Shown in pieces: positions 18,204 to 25,576 of a DNA stretch of 64,000 bases. This DNA comes from Myxococcota bacterium. Its GTDB lineage: Bacteria > Myxococcota_A > UBA796. Below the pieces are notes generated by a model. It saw nothing but the letters and a program-made list of their open reading frames with translations. It had not been told where the DNA came from and did no database searches. Position 1 is the first letter of the stretch, and each line of letters starts with the position of its first letter. The DNA lies in the NCBI GenBank assembly GCA_036156175.1, contig JAYZVA010000090.1:1609-65608 (forward strand), read 5' to 3'. Position numbers and translations under genes: made by a program.

Positions 18204-18913
18204 AAGACGTGGTTGACGTCTTCGTCATCCTCGAGGACCGCCACCATCTTCATCACGTCTTCCACTTCACTGTCCCCCAGCTCCATCAAGGTGTCGGGGA
18301 CGTGCTCCAAGGCCGTGGAGGTGACCTCCACATTCGACTCCTCCAAGCCCGCCTGAAGGGTTCCAAACTCCTCAAAACCGCATCGCAGAACCCAGATCGC
18401 ATCGCCGTTGTCGTCGACGCTCTCGCCCATCTCTTCCAAGCCGTGGTCGATCATTTCGAGTTCCAGCATCTCGGGGTCTTCGATGGCTTCGGGCTTGATG
18501 CGAAACACCCCCATGCGCTTGAACTGAAACGACACCGACCCGGTCGCCCCCATGTTTCCGCCGTTCTTCTTGAACGCGTGGCGAACGTTGGCCACCGTGC
18601 GCGTCGGGTTGTTGGTGGCTGCAACGACCATGACCGCCACACCGTGGGGCGCGTAGCCTTCGTAGATGGCTTCGGCCCAGTCGTCGGAGTCGGCGCCCAG
18701 GGCGCGCTTGATGGCCCCCTCAATCTTGTCGCGGGGCATCGATACCGCCCGACCGTTCTGGATGGCGCGCCGAAGTGCGGGGTTGGAGTCGGGGTCTTCT
18801 CCGCCGGCCTTGACCGCCGTTGTGATCTCGCGAATCACGCGCGTGAAGGCCTTGGACACGGCCTTGTTTCGGGCCATGATCGTGTGCTTTCGCGCCTCAA
18901 AGAATCGTCCCAT
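18188..18913 (-). CDS. yebC: YebC/PmpR-family DNA-binding transcriptional regulator
   Basis: MGRFFEARKHTIMARNKAVSKAFTRVIREI...DPDSNPALRRAIQNGRAVSMPRDKIEGAIKRA. GAGGAGG lies upstream. Confidence 0.9.
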   Translation of the reverse strand: MGRFFEARKHTIMARNKAVSKAFTRVIREITTAVKAGGEDPDSNPALRRAIQNGRAVSMPRDKIEGAIKRALGADSDDWAEAIYEGYAPHGVAVMVVAATNNPTRTVANVRHAFKKNGGNMGATGSVSFQFKRMGVFRIKPEAIEDPEMLELEMIDHGLEEMGESVDDNGDAIWVLRCGFEEFGTLQAGLEESNVEVTSTALEHVPDTLMELGDSEVEDVMKMVAVLEDDEDVNHVFHNLG

Positions 18914-19031
18914 CGTGCACCTCCTCGCTCGCCACGCCTCTCCCCTTATTCGGCTTCGCACAAGCGTCCAGCCGCCAGGGGCACCGGCCTCCGTGAATCG
19001 CCCGAACGCGCTCAGGTGTTAGGGGCCCGCA

Positions 19032-19571
19032 ATGCCCTTCATCACTTCCGTTGTTCTGATCATTGCGGGCTCCGCACCCGCGCATGCGCAAGGCGCCGAG
19101 TTGCCGCCCCTGATCGAGCGGGCGCCCCGGCTGTCCGAAGGCGTCTTTGGCATTGGCGCAGGCCTCGCGGTGGGCGAACCAACCGGCTTCAACATCGCCT
19201 TGCGCAATGAAGCACTTCACACGGTGTCGTCCACGGTGGGCTGGAACCTCTCGGCGGGGCGGTTCCATGCCCACAGCGACTACCAGGTGCCGTTCACCGA
19301 AATCATCCCCACCGAGGGCGTGTTGGCCATGACGCTCTACGCGGGCTTGGGTGCGACCTTGGACATCGGCGACGCCTTTGCCCTCGGCGCACGGGTGCCG
19401 GTTGTGGCGGCCATCAGCTTCGACAAACCGCTTGAGGTGTTCGTGGAACTCGCACCGGTCATCGGCGTGTTGCCGGATGTCGGCGTCGGGGTTCAGGCCA
19501 GCACGGGAATTCGCGGCTGGTTCAAACCCAACCGATCAGACGGCGATGGTCTTGAGGTCCGCGGCGAATGA
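19032..19571 (+). CDS. Small secreted protein, probable outer-membrane beta-barrel
   Basis: Signal peptide [20 protein letters not shown]. The body is Gly/Ala-rich with alternating hydrophobic strands, and GIRGWF occurs near the C-terminus. Confidence 0.5.
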   Translation: MPFITSVVLIIAGSAPAHAQGAELPPLIERAPRLSEGVFGIGAGLAVGEPTGFNIALRNEALHTVSSTVGWNLSAGRFHAHSDYQVPFTEIIPTEGVLAMTLYAGLGATLDIGDAFALGARVPVVAAISFDKPLEVFVELAPVIGVLPDVGVGVQASTGIRGWFKPNRSDGDGLEVRGE

Positions 19572-20192
19572 ATGCCGCCCGCCGCACGCGGCGGAGAACG
19601 CCTCGCGGGTGACCCCCGGCGCCAGCTCTCGGACCAAGAAGCCGTTCGGCGTCACGTCCATGACCGCCATATCGGTCACGATCATCGTGACGCACCCGAT
19701 TCCCGTCAACGGAAGTGTGCAGGCATCCACGAGTTTTGACCGGCCATCGCGGCTGCATTGAATCATGGTCACCACCACCCGCTTGGCGCCATTGACCAGG
19801 TCCATGGCACCGCCCATGCCCTTCACCATCTTTCCGGGAATCATCCAGTTGGCGATGTCGCCGTTCTCAGCGACTTGCATGGCGCCCAGAATGGCGAGGT
19901 CGATGTGCCCGCCGCGGATCATGGCAAAACTCTCGGACGAGTCAAAAAATACCGAGCCATCGATGGTGGTCACGGTCTGCTTGCCCGCATTGATGAGGTC
20001 GGGGTCTTCCTCCCCTTCGTAGGGAAAGGGACCAATGCCGAGCAAGCCATTCTCGCTCTGCAGCACGACCTCGACGCCGTCCGGCACATGGTTGGCCACC
20101 AGTGTCGGGAGACCGATTCCGAGGTTGACGTAGTTTCCATCTTCCAGTTCGAGCGCCACACGCGCGGCGATTTGATCGCGAGACAGTCCCAT
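19536..20192 (-). CDS. scoB: 3-oxoacid CoA-transferase subunit B
   Basis: [35 protein letters not shown]...[14 protein letters not shown] (catalytic Glu motif SENG). Confidence 0.9.
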   Translation of the reverse strand: MGLSRDQIAARVALELEDGNYVNLGIGLPTLVANHVPDGVEVVLQSENGLLGIGPFPYEGEEDPDLINAGKQTVTTIDGSVFFDSSESFAMIRGGHIDLAILGAMQVAENGDIANWMIPGKMVKGMGGAMDLVNGAKRVVVTMIQCSRDGRSKLVDACTLPLTGIGCVTMIVTDMAVMDVTPNGFLVRELAPGVTREAFSAACGGRHSFAADLKTIAV

Positions 20193-20193
20193 T

Positions 20194-20898
20194 TTAGCCC
20201 TCCGTCCGGCTTCGAGTGGTGCGTTGCTCAATCCATTTTTCGTAGTGCTCACCGCGGATGATCCGCTGCACATAGATGCCCGGAAGATGGATCTCATCCG
20301 GGTCCAGTGCGCCGGCGGGCACCAACTCTTCCACCTCGGCGATGGTCACCGTGGCCGCCTTGGCCACAAGCGGATTGAAATTCCGTGCAGTCTTGCGGAA
20401 CACCAGGTTTCCATGGGTGTCCCCTTTCCAGGCCTTCACGAACGCGAAGTCACCGTGCAGGGCTTCTTCCAGAAGGTACGTGCGGCCTGCAAACTCGCGG
20501 GTCTCTTTTCCCTCGGCGCGCAACGTGCCGACCCCCGTCGGGGTGTAAAACGCCGGGATCCCCGCGCCCGCAGCACGCATGCGTTCGGCCAGCGTGCCCT
20601 GGGGACACAGCTCGACCGTCAACTCGCCGGACAAAAACTGCCGCTCGAATTCCTTGTTTTCCCCCACATACGACCCCACCATAGTGGACACCTGCTTGGC
20701 TTGCAGCAACACCCCGAGTCCGCAGTGGTCGGTCCCCGCATTGTTGCTGACGAGGGTCAGGTTCGTGGTCCCTCGTTCGTGCAACGCCCGAATGAGGTTC
20801 TCCGGATTGCCGCTCAAGCCAAACCCGCCGACCAGCAGGGTGATCCCGTCGCCAATGTCGTCGATGGCCTCGGCGGCGCTGTGTATGGTTTTGTCCAT
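20194..20898 (-). CDS. scoA: 3-oxoacid CoA-transferase subunit A
   Basis: [36 protein letters not shown]...[27 protein letters not shown]. Confidence 0.9.
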   Translation of the reverse strand: MDKTIHSAAEAIDDIGDGITLLVGGFGLSGNPENLIRALHERGTTNLTLVSNNAGTDHCGLGVLLQAKQVSTMVGSYVGENKEFERQFLSGELTVELCPQGTLAERMRAAGAGIPAFYTPTGVGTLRAEGKETREFAGRTYLLEEALHGDFAFVKAWKGDTHGNLVFRKTARNFNPLVAKAATVTIAEVEELVPAGALDPDEIHLPGIYVQRIIRGEHYEKWIEQRTTRSRTEG

Positions 20899-21000
20899 GG
20901 TGGGCCCTCCGTTGTCGTGAGGACACCTGTATCGCTGGGCGCTCGGTGCGACCACGCCTGCCGCCCAGACAAGCGCCGATGGGTGGGCCAGGAGTGGTCC

Positions 21001-22401
21001 TCAGTCTCCCGGCGGGTCGTCGCACACAAAGCCCTCGACCTCGAGTGCGTCGATGAGGTGCCAGTTGGTGCTTCCACCGGTCGCCGCGGTGAACCCCACG
21101 TAGGCGTCAAAGGGGACGAGTCCGTCGATCATCTCGTCGAGATACAGCACCTCATCCACCCAGAATTTCAGGTGCGGACCGGTGACTTCGAGCTTCGCCA
21201 CGTGCCACGCGCCGTCTTCCATTTCGGGGAGCGTTGCCCAGGCAACGGGCGCGTTCACGTCGCCGTCGATGTGGACGCTGACGTGGTCGAGCGCCGTCGG
21301 ATCCCAGTGCTCGCCGTTATACCAGGTGTCGACCTCGATCGACCACCCTGGAAGCCCGTAGTACCCGATGCCGCCCCCAGTGCCGCCAACAAACGACGTC
21401 ATTCGCGAGACATCGAGCATGGTGAGCGAGATGCCATCGGCGCCAGTGCCGCCCGAAACATAAAACTCCCACTCGATCTCGAGGAGATCCGAAATCACCG
21501 TCGACATGGTCTGAAAGGCGGTCCCCGCTTGGGTGGTGACCGGCGCCGTCAGCTCGACCCACTCGTTCACCGAATCCCACATGGCCGACCCCTCGAAGTG
21601 CCACGCCGCCAGGTCGATGCTGTCCTCGGTGTATCCCTCGTTCTGGCATATGGTTGTGCACGTGGACGCGGTCTGGCCGCAGGAATCGGTCACATCGACG
21701 CAGATCGTGTGGTCGCCACTCGACCGCGCTTCGCTGTTCCAAGCCAGCGAAGCGATGCCATCCGGCGCCGCGGGCAGCGACGCGACTTCACCGTCCACAT
21801 CGGAACTCCACGTCACGACAAGGTCGTTGGCCGCGTCGCGATCGTCGCTCACCGCGGCCTCGAAGACGGCAAACGCACCGGGCGAAATCACGTCACCGAC
21901 TCCGGGAGAAATCAGACTCACACTCGGCGGTGCGTCTTGCTCGACCCGAAGCGGAACCGTGCGCGCGGGGACGTCCGGGTCGTTGCTGTGAATCACCATC
22001 GTCCCCGTTCCACCCGACGACCGGGCGGTGATCAACAGCGATTCCTCCGCTGCGAGGGTGACCGGCAGCGGCCGGTGAGAAAGCGTCCACCCTTCGCCCT
22101 CGACGGCGAGGGACTCCACGACCAAGTCGCCCAACCCGATGTTGGTCACGGTGATCGTTTCTTCGTACAGCCCGCACTGGATCTCCCCGTCGACGCCGTC
22201 CGGAGTGACCATGGAGATCGGAAACTCGGGTTCCGTCGGCGGGTCATCGGGTTCACTCGGGGGCGGTGCAGCCGTGTCGACCGTGAGTTCATCGGCAGGG
22301 TTTGCGGGCTTGAAGTCGTGCACCATGTTGTACTCGGTGCACCCCAGGGCCAGTGCCGCCGCACCCGCGAGAACTCCCATGCCTGCTGCCCGACCACCCA
22401 T
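21001..22401 (-). CDS. Lipoprotein with Ig-like domains and a C-terminal L-type (legume/ConA-like) lectin domain
   Basis: Start MGGRAAGMGVLAGAAALALGC (lipobox). C-terminal sequence: GADGISLTM...GGTGGGIGYYGLPGWSIEVDTWYNGEHWDP...HVSVHIDG...GFTAATGGSTNWHLI, matching the ADG / GGxLGY / xExDT / H(V/I)xI pattern of L-type lectins. Confidence 0.65.
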   Translation of the reverse strand: MGGRAAGMGVLAGAAALALGCTEYNMVHDFKPANPADELTVDTAAPPPSEPDDPPTEPEFPISMVTPDGVDGEIQCGLYEETITVTNIGLGDLVVESLAVEGEGWTLSHRPLPVTLAAEESLLITARSSGGTGTMVIHSNDPDVPARTVPLRVEQDAPPSVSLISPGVGDVISPGAFAVFEAAVSDDRDAANDLVVTWSSDVDGEVASLPAAPDGIASLAWNSEARSSGDHTICVDVTDSCGQTASTCTTICQNEGYTEDSIDLAAWHFEGSAMWDSVNEWVELTAPVTTQAGTAFQTMSTVISDLLEIEWEFYVSGGTGADGISLTMLDVSRMTSFVGGTGGGIGYYGLPGWSIEVDTWYNGEHWDPTALDHVSVHIDGDVNAPVAWATLPEMEDGAWHVAKLEVTGPHLKFWVDEVLYLDEMIDGLVPFDAYVGFTAATGGSTNWHLIDALEVEGFVCDDPPGD

Positions 22402-22440
22402 GGCTTTAGAATGCACCCCGATGGGCCGCCTGGCAAGGAC

Positions 22441-22456
22441 CCACCGGTGGTATAAT
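22441..22456 (+). promoter_or_regulatory. Extended -10 promoter (TGgTATAAT) positioned for a leaderless transcript of the candidate selenoprotein gene
   Basis: TATAAT lies at 22451-22456, preceded by TGG (22448-22450) and the palindrome CCACCGGTGG (22441-22450). The ATG at 22464 lies 7 nt after the hexamer, and there is no Shine-Dalgarno sequence. Confidence 0.5.
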
Positions 22457-22463
22457 CGCAACG

Positions 22464-24335
22464 ATGGCTCTTCGACTGGTGGGATTCACGCTGCTGTTTG
22501 GGTGCACGGCTGCGCCCGAACAACCGTGCATGGATGGGTACTCACGGGGGGCCGATGGTCGGTGCATCAGCGAACCCGATGACGTCGCAAGCGAGACCCC
22601 GTCCGATCCGGCATCATCGGACACCGGCGAACCCATCAGCCTGGTGCGCGTGGAGTGCGCTCCAGACTCTCCCACCAACGAACCCAGCATTGAAATGATC
22701 GGGAAATACGACACCGACGACAACACCGAGCCGCCCGGATTGCTGATCGAGGCCCTCGACGGTGTGGTGGACCAAGAACGCTTCTGGGTCGTGGGCCAAG
22801 GCGGACTCTTGAGCTTCGACATCAGCGGCGATGTCCCGGAACTTGGCGACGTCTTCGGCGGCATGAGCGGGCGCTTCTACCGGCTGATGCTGGTTGATCA
22901 CGACCCGCCACTGGTCTACGCCACCCACCGGGATTCAGGCCTTCAAATCGTGGACCGCTCCGACCCATCCGACCTCCGGCTTGTGAAGACGGTGACGAAA
23001 GACGGCCTGGGCGGAATGGTTCAGGTCGGCGACCGGGTCTACGCCACGCAGCATGACGGAACGCTTGTGGTTTTTGACGCCACCGATCCGACCGCACCCG
23101 AGGAGCGTGCATCGATCGAGGCGCCGGGCCACCCGTGGAATGTCGTGGAAACCAACGGCTGGCTGTACACTGCAGACAACACCCGCGGGGTGGGCGCATT
23201 CAGCCTCTCCGACCCCGACGAGCCCGAGTTTGTCGGCCACACCGATCTGGGCAACGGCGTCCTGGACCTGGCGACGGACGGCACCCGGCTGTTCGCCGCG
23301 GCGGGTTCAGCCGGCCTGATCGTCCTCGACCTCAGCGACCCGTCTTCCCCCCGAGAGAGTGCCCGACTGTGGACGGGCTCGCCTGTGGTTGATGTCAGCG
23401 TATCGGACGCCATGGTCTGGCTGGTGGACCATGAAGCCGTGTGGGCCGTGGATGTTCGCCAGCCCGACCAGCCAACCGTGATTGGGCGCATGGAGACGCC
23501 CCGATTCGCGATGTCGGTCTGGGCCGAAGGAGACGAAGCATGGGTGGGTGACTGGACCGCAGTCGAAGGGTACCGAGCGCACCCCGAGCGCGCAGCCAGC
23601 ACGATTGTCGCTCACCCCGACACCCTGCGTCTGGCCTCCGACCGCCATGACGCCACCGTGCGGCTGGTCAATCTGGGGCCCCACGACGGCGCTCTTCTCC
23701 GCTGGGATGCCAACGAGACGGACGCCACCATCGGCGTGTCCTCGACCACGGTCGGCGCGCAGGACGGCGTGACGATCGCTGTGGACTGGCCCGAATCCAC
23801 TGGCAACGGGCAGGTCTGCCTCTTGACCAGCGACCCTTCCAACCCCACCGTCTCCATCAATGTGCAGCGTTCCGACCAACGGCTCAGTGTGCCGGTGGGG
23901 ACCGCAGCACCGGACTTTGAGCTGCCCACGCTCGATGGCGAGCGCCTGCGGCTCAGCGAGCAACTTGGGCATCCCGTGCTGCTCGTCTACTTCGCAACCT
24001 GGTGACCCGTGTGTCCGTCCGAGGTCTCGGACATCAGCGAACACATGTGGCGCGACTACCGCGACGATGGGCTGCGGGTGTGGGGCATCTCATCCACCGA
24101 CCGCGAAGCCGACCTCCGCCGATTTCGAGACCAACTCGGCGTTGACTTCCCCATTCTCTTCGATGCGGCCGGGGATGTGCACGCGCAGTGGCTGCAGGAA
24201 CTGGCGTTTCACTCTGCGGCCTACCCACAGGACTGGCTGATCGACCCCGAAGGACGCGTGGCGTACGCCAACAATCGCTACGAACCCGATGAGATCCGCG
24301 CGTTGCTTGACCAATGGTTTGACCGCGAGCCCTGA
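22464..24335 (+). CDS. Candidate selenoprotein. Domain order: lipobox, LVIVD-repeat beta-propeller, Ig-like domain, C-terminal TlpA/redoxin-like thioredoxin-fold domain with a U-P-V-C motif. The TGA at 24003-24005 is read as Sec.
   Basis: ORFs 22464-24005 and 24009-24335 are in the same frame and are separated only by the TGA. Read-through gives ...APDFELPTLDGERLRLSEQLGHPVLLVYFATW-[TGA]-PVCPSEVSDISEHMWRDYRDDGLRVWGISSTD..FPILFDAAGDV...DPEGRVAY, the canonical redoxin F-W-A-x-W-C-x-x-C block. A SECIS-like hairpin follows. LVIVD-type repeats are present (LQIVDRSDPSDL, LVVFDATDPTAP, GAFSLSDPDEP, LIVLDLSDPSSP). Confidence 0.7.
24009..24046 (+). promoter_or_regulatory. Candidate bacterial SECIS stem-loop directly downstream of the in-frame TGA
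   Basis: Upper stem GTCCGA (24017-24022) pairs with TCGGAC (24027-24032), with loop GGTC (24023-24026). A possible lower stem GTGTGT (24009-24014) pairs with ACACAT (24041-24046). The apex GAGGUCUC resembles the E. coli fdhF SECIS apex (GCAGGUCUGC, from memory). It sits 21-24 nt from the U of UGA. Confidence 0.55.
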
Positions 24336-24347
24336 CGGCCCACCCAA

Positions 24348-24767
24348 TCAGGAATCGTCGGAGATGCCGGTGTCGCCCATGGCGATGCGGTTGGCCGCAT
24401 TGGCCTCGTCGATGAGCACGCCGTTGACCACCTTCGAGGCAGCAGACCACCCCTCTTCCGAGGCGAAAGCGGCGTTGTCGTGGGTGGTGTTCTCCCGGAC
24501 ATCGAGCGCCCAATCAAAGCCGCCTTTCTCCACACCGAACTCCATCCCACCGCGCTTGGCGTTCCACTCGACGGTGTCGGAACCCGCCTCCGCTGGGGCC
24601 ATCATGGCTTCCATTCGAGCCTGAGCGCGGTCCGAGATGGCCACCTCGACATCGGGCTCGGCAGCGGGCGCGCCCGCAGGCTCGCCCGAGGGCGGGGCCG
24701 TGCTGCTGGGCTCGGGGATGAGGGACGCGGGGGCAAGGCCGGTTGGCCCGTTGGTACCATCAATCAT
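24348..24767 (-). CDS. Hypothetical acidic protein
   Basis: ORF 24348-24797. The internal ATG (MIDGTNG) has GAGGAG 7 nt upstream. I recognised no family. Confidence 0.45.
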   Translation of the reverse strand: MIDGTNGPTGLAPASLIPEPSSTAPPSGEPAGAPAAEPDVEVAISDRAQARMEAMMAPAEAGSDTVEWNAKRGGMEFGVEKGGFDWALDVRENTTHDNAAFASEEGWSAASKVVNGVLIDEANAANRIAMGDTGISDDS

Positions 24768-24907
24768 TGGGAATCTCCTCTGGACGTGAGGGACCACGCC
24801 TGCCGAGCAGGTCGGTGGCCCATAGAGTTTCCCCGGCGACTCCTTGAAGTCGACATGACATTACCGCGAATCCCCAAAAAAAACAAGTCGAACGCCGGTT
24901 TATCCGG

Positions 24908-25525
24908 TCAATATTGGACGGGCTCCGCATCCAAGTGACGCCACAAGTACCACGTACCCACCGTCCGGTACGGCGCCCATGGCGCCGCAATGGCCGCCAC
25001 TTCTTCAACCGTCAGCGCCGCCCGTTCGGCGTACAGCTGCTCGACGGCGCGGATGACACCGATGTCGCCCAGCGGCAACACATCGGGTCGAAGCAAGGTG
25101 AAGATCAACACCATCTCGGCGGTCCATGGGCCGATTCCGCGGAGGCTGGTCAGCCGCGTTCGAACCGCATCATCGTCCATCGAATCCCAGTCGGTCGTGG
25201 TCACCCACTGCCCGTTGGTGGCAAGTCCAAGGATGTATTCCACCTTTCGACCCGACAATCCCACTGCCTTCAACGCCTCGGGAGAGTGCGCAACGACATT
25301 CGCCGGGGTCACGGGACCCACCAGTGCCACCAAGCGACCCCAAACGGCATCGGCCGCTTTGGCCGAGATCTGCTGCCCGACAACCGCGTGAACGAGGGTC
25401 TCGAACACGTCGCGCTTCGAGCGCAACGGCGGCTCTTCGTAGGTGTCGATGACGGCGGCCATGACCGGGTCAACGGCGCGAAGATGGGCCTTGGCGTCGC
25501 TCCAATACGGCGGTGCGGAGTTCAT
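24908..25525 (-). CDS. DNA-3-methyladenine glycosylase II (AlkA-like, HhH-GPD superfamily)
   Basis: DVFETLVHAVVGQQISAKAADAVWGRL...LSGRKVEYILGLA...LTSLRGIGPWTAEMVLIF...D (HhH-GPD with catalytic Asp context). Confidence 0.8.
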   Translation of the reverse strand: MNSAPPYWSDAKAHLRAVDPVMAAVIDTYEEPPLRSKRDVFETLVHAVVGQQISAKAADAVWGRLVALVGPVTPANVVAHSPEALKAVGLSGRKVEYILGLATNGQWVTTTDWDSMDDDAVRTRLTSLRGIGPWTAEMVLIFTLLRPDVLPLGDIGVIRAVEQLYAERAALTVEEVAAIAAPWAPYRTVGTWYLWRHLDAEPVQY

Positions 25526-25543
25526 GGGCCCCCTTTAACGGAG

Positions 25544-25558
25544 TCGGCGGTATACAAT
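25544..25558 (+). promoter_or_regulatory. Candidate promoter -10 region (TCGGCGG-TATACAAT) upstream of the M66-like protease gene
   Basis: TACAAT at 25553-25558 is preceded by TCGGCGG (25544-25550). GGAGG at 25568-25572 lies upstream of the ATG at 25577. Confidence 0.4.
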
Positions 25559-25576
25559 CCAGCCACTGGAGGCGCG

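Noticed and set aside
22421-22427. ATGGGCC heptamer found upstream of three TATAAT-type promoters (22421, 25524, 52710), considered as a -35-like element.
   Set aside because: The distances to the -10 box are inconsistent (30, 29 and 16 nt). One copy is simply the start-codon context of the oppositely oriented alkA-like gene.
24009-24335. Treating 24009-24335 as an independent 108-aa gene (GTG start, MCPSEV...) and 22464-24005 as a complete gene ending at TGA.
   Set aside because: The split falls exactly between Trp and the CxxC of one thioredoxin fold. The upstream piece would end with the first beta-strand, and the downstream piece would lack it and the first redox residue. The same frame, the absence of an SD, and the SECIS-like hairpin all favour read-through (Sec). 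A pseudogene remains the alternative.
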